From Scenedesmus sp. PABB004 (lineage: Eukaryota), in contig JABVCE010000019.1 in NCBI GenBank assembly GCA_014905635.1, forward strand, positions 310,001-374,000: 64,000 nucleotides of DNA, read 5' to 3'. A program made the position numbers and the translations under genes. Shown piece after piece: positions 35,947-48,295 of this stretch. Position 1 is the stretch's first letter. Each line of letters starts with the position of its first letter. The notes beneath the pieces are model-generated. The model saw only the letters and a program-made list of their open reading frames with translations. It had not been told where the DNA came from and searched no databases.

Positions 35947-36705
35947 GATAAATTTGTTGCGATGCGCTATGCGGGATGGTCTCTAGGGGCGCCTCGGCGT
36001 CGCGGTACAGTGTCGAACAAGAAGCGGCTATCGCTCTCTAGCGCAGCGCTGTTGCTAGCTGGTTGCCGGTCGATGGGACGCTGGTGGCACGCTGCTAGCG
36101 TGGAGCCTGACTGCGGGAGCGCGGCGGTGCGGTGGAGGGCGCGGGATGAGCAGGCGCGGCAGGCCCTGGCTCAGAGTGAGGTGCACTTTGAGGGCGCCCC
36201 CCGTCGCGCGGTGTGCTGCCGCGGCCGTTCTGCCGCTTGCAATAGCTTGTTCGGCTTGTGAACAGCTTAAAAGCGCGGCCGAACAGCGGCATACGGCACC
36301 GCAGGCGCGGCCGCAGCGACGCCCGTCCGCGCGCCCAGCGCCCCGCCCGCCCCCGACGCCGGCTCGATGGCTTCGTCGAATGCCGCCCAGTCCATGTGGC
36401 CGGCCGGATTGCGCGCGTCGGCGGCCTGCGCAGCGGGCGGCGGGTTCGCAGGGAGGCGCGCAGCGAAGGGAGTTTCGGTCGAACTCGCAGGCTGCGTGCG
36501 CCCGCGGCGCCCGCGGCGCGTACATAAGCCCCCCCGCGCCGCTCCCCCCGGCATCAGCGACGCTCTCGCCGACTCCAACGAGCTACCAGCAACCCGCAGC
36601 GACGCACACGACAGCGCCCAGAGCGCCTAGCTGCAGACCGCGGCACCCCTAGCGACCCGCCTAGCCGACCCCGCGCCGCGCCGACGCCCGCCAAGGCCCC
36701 CCGCC

Positions 36706-37047
36706 ATGGCCCGCCTCGCCTTCACGGCCGCGGCAGCGCTGCTGCTGCTCGCCTGCGCCGCCGAGGCCTCACGGATGATGGTCGACGCCGACCTGGCGCC
36801 CTCGGGCCGCGACCTGCTTCAGACGGCTGCCAACTGCTCCGTCATCGCCAACTGCCAAACCTGCCGCAACCAGCGCAACCCCCGGACCAAAATCTCGGAG
36901 GTGGTCTGCTCCACCTGCAAGACCAACTTCCGCCTCAAGCGTGACGGCATCTCCAAGACCTGCGGTGAGCGCGCGCTCGCCTGGGCGCCTCATCATGGGC
37001 ACAGCACGTTACGGCGCCGCGCTGCCGCCTTGTAGCCGGCCCGCGTG

Positions 37048-37079
<32 letters not shown>

Positions 37080-39238
37080 CCGCCGCCCAAAGAGGCCGCG
37101 CCCGGCTTCTACGGCAGCAGCGCCACCCCCTGCGATGGCACGAAGTACTGCCCGGGCGGTACCGACACCGCGGTGTCCTGCCCCACCGGCCTGGAGACCA
37201 CCGTGGCCAACGCCAAGTCCATCGCGCAGTGCAACACCCTCGCCGGCTACGGCCGCGTGTCGGTCCGCGCCGCCAACGGCTCCGTCTCCGTGGAGGGCAG
37301 GCAGTGCGACCAGGGCTACTACAACGTCGGCAAGAACCAGGCCGCCTGCCAGAAGTGCGGCGCTGGCCTGACCACCGCGGGCACGGGCTCGACCAACTCG
37401 TCCTCTTGCAGTGCGTGGCGGCTGCCTGCGCTGCCCGCTGCGCGCTGCATGCGCTGCCAGCGCTGCATGCGCTGCGTGCGCGCCTGCGCAGCCCGTGCTG
37501 ACGCGTGCCCCCGTGCGCCCCCGCCGCCGTGCAGTTGCGCCTGCCGGCTCCTTCAAGGACAGGGGCGCCGCCAAGCTCTGCCCCAAGGCCACGTACAGCA
37601 ACGGCGGCACCGACACCTGCACGGGCTGCCCCGAGGGCCTGACCACCAACGCCACCGGCACCATCGGCAGCAGCGCTGCTGTGTGCACGGACGTGCAGAA
37701 GGGCTTCTACAAGTCCGGTTCCACCGCCGTGCAGTGTGCCATCCACACGTACAACGACGTGGAGGGCGCGGTGGACGCGTGCAAGCAGTGCACGTCCCTC
37801 GGGGTGACGGGAGCCACCTACCTGAAGACGCAGACGACCGGCGCCACCGGCGCGGCCGAGTGTCTGTTCCCCCCGGGGGTGGACAAGCTTGGCCCGTGCC
37901 GCGACGGCATGTACAAGGAGGGCTGGAACCTCGACGACTGCGTCAGCTGCGGCTCTGGCGGCTTTGTCACCTACAACGCCGACGACGGCACCGCCACCGG
38001 CTCCGTGTCCAAGGCCGCGTGCATGGTGCCCGCGGGCATGGGCCTGACCTCCGCCACCGGCGCCGCCTGGACCATCGGCACCTGCCCCGCAAACACCTAC
38101 GGCGCCGCTGAGGCCCGCCCCGCCGTCAACAACGTGCGCTGCCAGTCCTGCCCTCCGAACACCTACAGCATCGCCGGCCAGGCGGGCGAGCTGAGTTGCA
38201 CGGTTGCCGCCGGTTGGGGCCTGAACAACGGCGGCGTTGAGAAGTGCACGTTTGGCACCTTCAACGCGGGCGGCAACCGGCTCGCGTGCCAGGAGTGCCC
38301 TGCCGGCACGACCACTGAGCAGGATGGTCAGAGCAGCAACACGTCGTGCGTGGCCAAGGCCGGCTGGGCGATTCTGAGCGGGGCCACGGCGCCGACGCCG
38401 TGCGACAAGGGCGAGTACAGTGCTCTTGGTGCGACCATCTGCCAACAGTGCAGCGGCGGCTACACCACCCAGGAGGCCGAGTCCACGTCCGAGGCTGACT
38501 GCAACGGTGCGTGTGCCCCCGACCGCGGCCCGTGCGTGTGCGTGCGCGCTGTGCGCAGCGCGCTGCCGCTGCTGTAGCCGCCTCACCCTGCCGCCGCTTC
38601 GTGTCACGTCCGCAGTGTGCAAGCCGGGCTACGGCGGCGACAGCTGCGCCCAGTGCCCGGTGAACAGCTTTTCCGCCGGCGGCCAGGCCAACGGCACCGC
38701 CTGCACTGGCTGCGCGACTGGCACCGTCTCGCGCCGGCGCGCCACGGAGAACACCATGTGCCTCGACGAGCTGCAGTCGTTCAGCGCGGACGTGCTCAGC
38801 CTTGGCGGCACCGGTGCTGCGTGGGTTGATCAGGGCGCCATCAATGAGGCTACCTGCCAGGCTAACTGCAAGAACAGTGACACCTGCATCATGTACCGCT
38901 TCACCGACGCCGCCACTGACACCTGCGAGTTCCTGGTGGAGGACGCCGGCAACACGCTGGCCAAGCTGGGCCTCAAGGTCGGCAGCGGCGCCGACTACGT
39001 GATCCGCGCCTTCCCCGACACCGCCACCGCGGGCGTGATGATTGGCAGTGCGGCTGCGGTCGCTGACCAGGACACCTGCCAGACCAACTGCAACGCCGAC
39101 CCCACGTGCGAGGCCTTCAAGTACGTTGATTCCAGCAAGCTCTGCACGCTCTCCAAGTCGGAGAACGTGATGGGCGCGACCAGCATGTTCCACGTGGTCG
39201 GCAGCAAGCTCGCCAGCGACATTGCGCTTGGCGCCTAA
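36706..39238 (+). CDS. Secreted Cys-rich/PAN protein, tandem copy 1 (4 exons)
   Basis: MARLAFTAAAALLLLACAAEA signal peptide; GRDLLQ; CPKATY, CPANTY, CPPNTY, CTFGTF, CDKGEY repeats; two PAN-like modules (CQANCKNSDTCIMY, CQTNCNADPTCEAFKY). Paralog of 33057-35946. Confidence 0.88.
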
Positions 39239-40199
39239 GCCAAGCGGCTGGTACCTAATCATGCTTTTACTCTAGCTACCCTATGTGCTCTCCACGCGCG
39301 CCTGTCAGCGCGCGCCTGTCAGCACACCTGCCTTTCAGAGCGCCTTCCTCAATTCACTCTCTGCCTTTCTGATTCAGAGCGTTCTTCATCCCATTCCACG
39401 ACGCATCCCCTTGTCTCACAGCAGACCTTTCTTGTCGCACGGCTCGCTTGCTTGCCCGACGCACCTCGCGCGTGCGGCGCTGCGGCCTGCTGCCATGCAG
39501 CCAGCCCCGCCGGCCTGCGCGCCGCCCCGCGGCGGCGCCGCAGCGCGGCGCGCGCCCTGCTCCACCAGTCGGCTGGTAGTGCCTTGCATGCACAGAGTGT
39601 GGGGCGGTGCTTGTGGGGGGGACGACTCAATGCGCACGCCTCCTCTGCCTAGGTTTCACTCTGAATGTTGGTAGCGCCTCACCCCATCCACCGTGTGCCG
39701 CCCTGCATGGCTGCAGGCGGCCGCTGTATTTGTGCCCGGGCGCTTGGCACGGCCCCCCAAACGTCACAGCGGCAGATGGTCTGAATACTCAACAGCGCTG
39801 GCGCGGGGCCGGAAAACACGCCGGCGGGGTGCAGGAACCCCATTTGTTCCCTTCCTTTGTTACTCAACCCACAAAAGGTAACACCATTCCTTTCTCGACT
39901 TTTCCGGTCACGGCTCTGCCGCGCACGCGCAGTGGAGCCGTGCGCCGCCGCCGCGCCACAGCACCCGCCGCCACAGTTGCTGCCTGCCTCCCAGCGGCGT
40001 GCAAAGCCGGCCCCACGCCCGCGCAGCCGCGCACCGACAGCGCCTCCAGCCGGGGCAGGGCGGCCGCAAGCGCCAGCAGCGCCACGCCCTGGCCGAGCGC
40101 CTTGGCATTGACACCCAGCTCTCCAGCCGCAGGCGTTGTTTTCTCATGCCCAGTTCCGGCCGCGCCGACGCGCCCTGCCGCACGCGCCTTGTTTGCGCG

Positions 40200-41716
40200 C
40201 CTCCCGCCCCCACGCCGCCAGCCATCTTTGCACTCTCCGCACGCGCTCCGCTGAGCACGCCGCACGGCCGACACGAGCGCCGTGCGCCCAGCACGTGGCG
40301 CGCGTGTCCGCAAGCGCCCGCCGCTGCCGGCGATCGGGGCGCGCGGTGTGGCCGCCGCAGCCGACAGCTGGGCGCTGCTGCCGACGGACCTACTCGCCCG
40401 GCCGGCTGCCTCTCGCCCCCACAACCGCTACGAGCGCGCCGCGCTCGGCGAGCACTGAGCAGGCGTGCGGTGGGCTGGGCTGCAGGCCGCGCCGCCCGCG
40501 CCTGTGTGCCTTACGACCACGCTCGTGACCACGCCGCTCGGCGGCCTGGCCAGCCTCACGTCCGCCGCGCTCACCGTGACGCCACCGCTCGCGGGCGCGC
40601 TGGCCCCGCTCGCGGCGCTGCGCCGTCTCCTGTGGCGCTGCGCCTGGCGGCGATCAGCCCCGCCCGCGGGTGGGGCGCCACGCTGGCACTGCTGTCGGGC
40701 TGCCCGCTGCGCGAGCTGGAGCTGGTGTTTGCGGACGTCTGCGACGCCGACCTGGCGGGCGTGGCGCAGCTCGCCGCGCTGACGCGGCTGGACCTGCACT
40801 GCAGCAGGTGGTGGGCCGCTGCTGCCGCCGCCGGGCTGCCCCCGACCTGCCCGCTCGTGTGCGGGCGTGCCACCCTTCGTGACCGCTACACTGCCGACGC
40901 CGCCGCCTGCTGACAGGCACCTCACGCCCGCGTGCGTGCCGCACCTGGCGCGCCTGGCGCAGCTGCGGGAGCTGCAGCTGGCGCACGCGAGGCTGCAGCT
41001 CGGGCCGGCAGAGTTGGAGTGCCTCGGTGCTGCCTGCAGCCAGCTCACGCAGCTGCACGCGGAGCTCAGCCTCGCCGGGGCGGCGGGGCCGGGCGGGCCC
41101 GAGCCCAGGGCGGCTGCGCTCGACACCGGGCTGCTCGAGCTGCTGCAGGCGCTGCCAGCGGACGCAGGCCGCGCTGCGGTGCCGCCGCCGGTCCCCGGCG
41201 CCTGGCCGCCGCTGGTGCACGAGGGCGTGACCAATAGCTGCAGCGTGGCCAACCTGGCGCGCCTGCTGGCGGGCGCGCGCGGCCTGGAGCGCCTCGAGCT
41301 GGAGGGCCTGGGGCCCAACGGCAGCGCCGTCGCGGACGTGCTCGCCGGCGCCGCGGCGGGGCAGCTGACCGCGCTGCGGCTCGCGCGCGCTGCAGCAGCA
41401 TGACGGCCGCCGCCGCCGTGCGTGCGGCACGGCGGCGCACTGCGGCCGCACCTGTGCAGGCTCACCCTGCCGACGTTGGGCTGCCGCAGCACCTGCTCGC
41501 GCTGCTGCGTGGCCTGGCGGGCTGCTGCAGCGTGGGGGCAACGGCGGCGGCGCCCGAGCAGCAGCGCAGCTGCGCCAAATGGAGCCGGTGGGCTGCTGCC
41601 TTGATGGTGGCGGCGGCGGCGAGGCGGCGCTGCTGGCGCTTGCGGCCGCCGTGCCCCGGCTGGAGGCGCTGTCGGTGCGCGGCTGCGCGGGCGTGGGGCC
41701 GGCTTTGCACGCCGCT
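40200..41716 (+). pseudogene. Decayed inverted copy of the F-box/LRR gene at 51444-53712
   Basis: Matches the reverse complement of ~51580-53860, including 5' flank and intron sequence. ATG lost (gcgcgatggcc becomes gcgcggtgtggcc), internal deletions and frameshifts. Confidence 0.85.
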
Positions 41717-42512
41717 ACAGGAGGCCACAGCTGCTGCGACGGCTGCACTGCCAATGTGCGGCGGCGCTGGGCCGTGAGGCGGAGTGACGTCCTGGTGCTG
41801 AAGAGCGCCACGTGCGTCTGCCGCGCAGCACTGCAGCAGAACGTTGCGGCCATGCAGGGGGTTTCGGTGTGCGCCCGCAGCAGCAAAACAAGGGAGGTCT
41901 CTCTAGGCGCGCGAGACGACGCAGTGCGCTGCTAGCGTGCAGCCGGGCGCCGTGCAGGCTGGCTCAGAGTGAGGTGCACTTTGAGGGCGCCCCCCGTCGC
42001 GCGGTGTGCTGCCGCGGCCGTTCTGCCGCTTGCAATAGCTTGTTCGGCTTGTGAAAAGCTTAAAAGCGCGGCCGAACAGCGGCATACGGCACCGCAGGCG
42101 CGGCCGCAGCGACGCCCGTCCGCGCGCCCAGCGCCCCGCCCGCCCCCGACGCCGGCTCGATGGCTTCGTCGAATGCCGCCCAGTCCATGTGGCCGGCCGG
42201 ATTGCGCGCGTCGGCGGCCTGCGCAGCGGGCGGCGGGTTCGCAGGGAGGCGCGCAGCGAAGGGAGTTTCGGTCGAACTCGCAAGCTGCGTACGCAGCCAC
42301 GCGTGCGCCCGCGGCGCCCGCGGCGCGTACATAAGCCCCCCCGCGCCGCTCCCCTCGGCATCAGCGACGCTCTCGCCGACTCCAACGAGCTACCAGCAAC
42401 CCGCAGCGACGCACACGACAGCGCCCAGCGCGCCTAGCTGCAGACCGCGGCACCCCTAGCGACCCGCCTAGCCGACCCCGCGCCGCGCCGACGCCCGCCA
42501 AGGCCCCCCGCC

Positions 42513-45034
42513 ATGGCCCGCCTCGCCTTCACGGCCGCGGCAGCGCTGCTGCTGCTCGCCTGCGCCGCCGAGGCCTCACGGATGATGGTCGACGCCGACC
42601 TGGCGCCCTCGGGCCGCGACCTGCTTCAGACGGCTGCCAACTGCTCCGTCATCGCCAACTGCCAAACCTGCCGCAACCAGCGCAACCCCCGGACCAAAAT
42701 CTCGGAGGTGGTCTGCTCCACCTGCAAGACCAACTTCCGCCTCAAGCGTGACGGCATCTCCAAGACCTGCGGTGAGCGCGCGCTCGCCTGGGCGCCTCAT
42801 CATGGGCACAGCACGTGACGGCGCCGCGCTGCCGCCTTGTAGCCGGCCCGCGTGACACCCCCCCCCCCCCCCCCCGCCGCCGCCCAAAGAGGCCGCGCCC
42901 GGCTTCTACGGCAGCAGCGCCACCCCCTGCGATGGCACGAAGTACTGCCCGGGCGGTACCGACACCGCGGTGTCCTGCCCCACCGGCCTGGAGACCACCG
43001 TGGCCAACGCCAAGTCCATCGCGCAGTGCAACACCCTCGCCGGCTACGGCCGCGTGTCGGTCCGCGCCGCCAACGGCTCCGTCTCCGTGGAGGGCAGGCA
43101 GTGCGACCAGGGCTACTACAACGTCGGCAAGAACCAGGCCGCCTGCCAGAAGTGCGGCGCTGGCCTGACCACCGCGGGCACGGGCTCGACCAACTCGTCC
43201 TCTTGCAGTGCGTGGCGGCTGCCTGCGCTGCCCGCTGCGCGCTGCATGCGCTGCCAGCGCTGCATGCGCTGCGTGCGCGCCTGCGCAGCCCGTGCTGACG
43301 CGTGCCCCCGTGCGCCCCCGCCGCCGTGCAGTTGCGCCTGCCGGCTCCTTCAAGGACAGGGGCGCCGCCAAGCTCTGCCCCAAGGCCACGTACAGCAACG
43401 GCGGCACCGACACCTGCACGGGCTGCCCCGAGGGCCTGACCACCAACGCCACCGGCACCATCGGCAGCAGCGCTGCTGTGTGCACGGACGTGCAGAAGGG
43501 CTTCTACAAGTCCGGTTCCACCGCCGTGCAGTGTGCCATCCACACGTACAACGACGTGGAGGGCGCGGTGGACGCGTGCAAGCAGTGCACGTCCCTCGGG
43601 GTGACGGGAGCCACCTACCTGAAGACGCAGACGACCGGCGCCACCGGCGCGGCCGAGTGTCTGTTCCCCCGGGGGTGGACAAGCTTGGCCCGTGCCGCGA
43701 CGGCATGTACAAGGAGGGCTGGAACCTCGACGACTGCGTCAGCTGCGGCTCTGGCGGCTTTGTCACCTACAACGCCGACGACGGCACCGCCACCGGCTCC
43801 GTGTCCAAGGCCGCGTGCATGGTGCCCGCGGGCATGGGCCTGACCTCCGCCACCGGCGCCGCCTGGACCATCGGCACCTGCCCCGCAAACACCTACGGCG
43901 CCGCTGAGGCCCGCCCCGCCGTCAACAACGTGCGCTGCCAGTCCTGCCCTCCGAACACCTACAGCATCGCCGGCCAGGCGGGCGAGCTGAGTTGCACGGT
44001 TGCCGCCGGTTGGGGCCTGAACAACGGCGGCGTTGAGAAGTGCACGTTTGGCACCTTCAACGCGGGCGGCAACCGGCTCGCGTGCCAGGAGTGCCCTGCC
44101 GGCACGACCACTGAGCAGGATGGTCAGAGCAGCAACACGTCGTGCGTGGCCAAGGCCGGCTGGGCGATTCTGAGCGGGGCCACGGCGCCGACGCCGTGCG
44201 ACAAGGGCGAGTACAGTGCTCTTGGTGCGACCATCTGCCAACAGTGCAGCGGCGGCTACACCACCCAGGAGGCCGAGTCCACGTCCGAGGCTGACTGCAA
44301 CGGTGCGTGTGCCCCCGACCGCGGCCCGTGCGTGTGCGTGCGCGCTGTGCGCAGCGCGCTGCCGCTGCTGTAGCCGCCTCACCCTGCCGCCGCTTCGTGT
44401 CACGTCCGCAGTGTGCAAGCCGGGCTACGGCGGCGACAGCTGCGCCCAGTGCCCGGTGAACAGCTTTTCCGCCGGCGGCCAGGCCAACGGCACCGCCTGC
44501 ACTGGCTGCGCGACTGGCACCGTCTCGCGCCGGCGCGCCACGGAGAACACCATGTGCCTCGACGAGCTGCAGTCGTTCAGCGCGGACGTGCTCAGCCTTG
44601 GCGGCACCGGTGCTGCGTGGGTTGATCAGGGCGCCATCAATGAGGCTACCTGCCAGGCTAACTGCAAGAACAGTGACACCTGCATCATGTACCGCTTCAC
44701 CGACGCCGCCACTGACACCTGCGAGTTCCTGGTGGAGGACGCCGGCAACACGCTGGCCAAGCTGGGCCTCAAGGTCGGCAGCGGCGCCGACTACGTGATC
44801 CGCGCCTTCCCCGACACCGCCACCGCGGGCGTGATGATTGGCAGTGCGGCTGCGGTCGCTGACCAGGACACCTGCCAGACCAACTGCAACGCCGACCCCA
44901 CGTGCGAGGCCTTCAAGTACGTTGATTCCAGCAAGCTCTGCACGCTCTCCAAGTCGGAGAACGTGATGGGCGCGACCAGCATGTTCCACGTGGTCGGCAG
45001 CAAGCTCGCCAGCGACATTGCGCTTGGCGCCTAA
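42513..45034 (+). CDS. Secreted Cys-rich/PAN protein, tandem copy 2 (1-nt deletion at ~43666-43670: error or disrupted allele)
   Basis: Near-identical to copy 1, but ttC5ggggg instead of ttC6ggggg shifts the frame of exon 3. Confidence 0.75.
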
Positions 45035-45995
45035 GCCAAGCGGCTGGTACCTAATCATGCTTTTACTCTAGCTACCCTATGTGCTCTCCACGCGCGCCTG
45101 TCAGCGCGCGCCTGTCAGCACACCTGCCTTTCAGAGCGCCTTCCTCAATTCACTCTCTGCCTTTCTGATTCAGAGCGTTCTTCATCCCATTCCACGACGC
45201 ATCCCCTTGTCTCACAGCAGACCTTTCTTGTCGCACGGCTCGCTTGCTTGCCCGACGCACCTCGCGCGTGCGGCGCTGCGGCCTGCTGCCATGCAGCCAG
45301 CCCCGCCGGCCTGCGCGCCGCCCCGCGGCGGCGCCGCAGCGCGGCGCGCGCCCTGCTCCACCAGTCGGCTGGTAGTGCCTTGCATGCACAGAGTGTGGGG
45401 CGGTGCTTGTGGGGGGGACGACTCAATGCGCACGCCTCCTCTGCCTAGGTTTCACTCTGAATGTTGGTAGCGCCTCACCCCATCCACCGTGTGCCGCCCT
45501 GCATGGCTGCAGGCGGCCGCTGTATTTGTGCCCGGGCGCTTGGCACGGCCCCCCAAACGTCACAGCGGCAGATGGTCTGAATACTCAACAGCGCTGGCGC
45601 GGGGCCGGAAAACACGCCGGCGGGGTGCAGGAACCCCATTTGTTCCCTTCCTTTGTTACTCAACCCACAAAAGGTAACACCATTCCTTTCTCGACTTTTC
45701 CGGTCACGGCTCTGCCGCGCACGCGCAGTGGAGCCGTGCGCCGCCGCCGCGCCACAGCACCCGCCGCCACAGTTGCTGCCTGCCTCCCAGCGGCGTGCAA
45801 AGCCGGCCCCACGCCCGCGCAGCCGCGCACCGACAGCGCCTCCAGCCGGGGCAGGGCGGCCGCAAGCGCCAGCAGCGCCACGCCCTGGCCGAGCGCCTTG
45901 GCATTGACACCCAGCTCTCCAGCCGCAGGCGTTGTTTTCTCATGCCCAGTTCCGGCCGCGCCGACGCGCCCTGCCGCACGCGCCTTGTTTGCGCG

Positions 45996-47512
45996 CCTCC
46001 CGCCCCCACGCCGCCAGCCATCTTTGCACTCTCCGCACGCGCTCCGCTGAGCACGCCGCACGGCCGACACGAGCGCCGTGCGCCCAGCACGTGGCGCGCG
46101 TGTCCGCAAGCGCCCGCCGCTGCCGGCGATCGGGGCGCGCGGTGTGGCCGCCGCAGCCGACAGCTGGGCGCTGCTGCCGACGGACCTACTCGCCCGGCCG
46201 GCTGCCTCTCGCCCCCACAACCGCTACGAGCGCGCCGCGCTCGGCGAGCACTGAGCAGGCGTGCGGTGGGCTGGGCTGCAGGCCGCGCCGCCCGCGCCTG
46301 TGTGCCTTACGACCGCGCTCGTGACCACGCCGCTCGGCGGCCTGGCCAGCCTCACGTCCGCCGCGCTCACCGTGACGCCACCGCTCGCGGGCGCGCTGGC
46401 CCCGCTCGCGGCGCTGCGCCGTCTCCTGTGGCGCTGCGCCTGGCGGCGATCAGCCCCGCCCGCGGGTGGGGCGCCACGCTGGCACTGCTGTCGGGCTGCC
46501 CGCTGCGCGAGCTGGAGCTGGTGTTTGCGGACGTCTGCGACGCCGACCTGGCGGGCGTGGCGCAGCTCGCCGCGCTGACGCGGCTGGACCTGCACTGCAG
46601 CAGGTGGTGGGCCGCTGCTGCCGCCGCCGGGCTGCCCCCGACCTGCCCGCTCGTGTGCGGGCGTGCCACCCTTCGTGACCGCTACACTGCCGACGCCGCC
46701 GCCTGCTGACAGGCACCTCACGCCCGCGTGCGTGCCGCACCTGGCGCGCCTGGCGCAGCTGCGGGAGCTGCAGCTGGCGCACGCGAGGCTGCAGCTCGGG
46801 CCGGCAGAGTTGGAGTGCCTCGGTGCTGCCTGCAGCCAGCTCACGCAGCTGCACGCGGAGCTCAGCCTCGCCGGGGCGGCGGGGCCGGGCGGGCCCGAGC
46901 CCAGGGCGGCTGCGCTCGACACCGGGCTGCTCGAGCTGCTGCAGGCGCTGCCAGCGGACGCAGGCCGCGCTGCGGTGCCGCCGCCGGTCCCCGGCGCCTG
47001 GCCGCCGCTGGTGCACGAGGGCGTGACCAATAGCTGCAGCGTGGCCAACCTGGCGCGCCTGCTGGCGGGCGCGCGCGGCCTGGAGCGCCTCGAGCTGGAG
47101 GGCCTGGGGCCCAACGGCAGCGCCGTCGCGGACGTGCTCGCCGGCGCCGCGGCGGGGCAGCTGACCGCGCTGCGGCTCGCGCGCGCTGCAGCAGCATGAC
47201 GGCCGCCGCCGCCGTGCGTGCGGCACGGCGGCGCACTGCGGCCGCACCTGTGCAGGCTCACCCTGCCGACGTTGGGCTGCCGCAGCACCTGCTCGCGCTG
47301 CTGCGTGGCCTGGCGGGCTGCTGCAGCGTGGGGGCAACGGCGGCGGCGCCCGAGCAGCAGCGCAGCTGCGCCAAATGGAGCCGGTGGGCTGCTGCCTTGA
47401 TGGTGGCGGCGGCGGCGAGGCGGCGCTGCTGGCGCTTGCGGCCGCCGTGCCCCGGCTGGAGGCGCTGTCGGTGCGCGGCTGCGCGGGCGTGGGGCCGGCT
47501 TTGCACGCCGCT
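45996..47512 (+). pseudogene. Second decayed inverted F-box/LRR copy
   Basis: Near-identical to 40200-41716 within tandem unit 2. Confidence 0.85.
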
Positions 47513-48295
47513 ACAGGAGGCCACAGCTGCTGCGACGGCTGCAGTGCCAATGTGCGGCGGCGCTGGGCCGTGAGGCGGAGTGACGTCCTGGTGCTGTAGA
47601 GCGCCACGTGCGTCTGCCGCGCAGCACTGCAGCAGAACGTTGCGGCCATGCAGGGGGTTTCGGTGTGCGCCCGCAGCAGCAAAACAAGGGAGGTCTCTCT
47701 AGGCGCGCGAGACGACGCAGTGCGCTGCTAGCGTGCAGCCGGGCGCCGTGCAGGCTGGCTCAGAGTGAGGTGCACTTTGAGGGCGCCCCCCGTCGCGCGG
47801 TGTGCTGCCGCGGCCGTTCTGCCGCTTGCAATAGCTTGTTCGGCTTGTGAAAAGCTTAAAAGCGCGGCCGAACAGCGGCATACGGCACCGCAGGCGCGGC
47901 CGCAGCGACGCCCGTCCGCGCGCCCAGCGCCCCGCCCGCCCCCGACGCCGGCTCGATGGCTTCGTCGAATGCCGCCCAGTCCATGTGGCCGGCCGGATTG
48001 CGCGCGTCGGCGGCCTGCGCAGCGGGCGGCGGGTTCGCAGGGAGGCGCGCAGCGAAGGGAGTTTCGGTCGAACTCGCAGGCTGCGTGCGCCCGCGGCGCC
48101 CGCGGCGCGTACATAAGCCCCCCCCGCGCCGCTCCCCCCGGCATCAGCGACGCTCTCGCCGACTCCAACGAGCTACCAGCAACCCGCAGCGACGCACACG
48201 ACAGCGCCCAGCGCGCCTAGCTGCAGACCGCGGCACCCCTAGCGACCCGCCTAGCCGACCCCGCGCCGCGCCGACGCCCGCCAAGGCCCCCCGCC

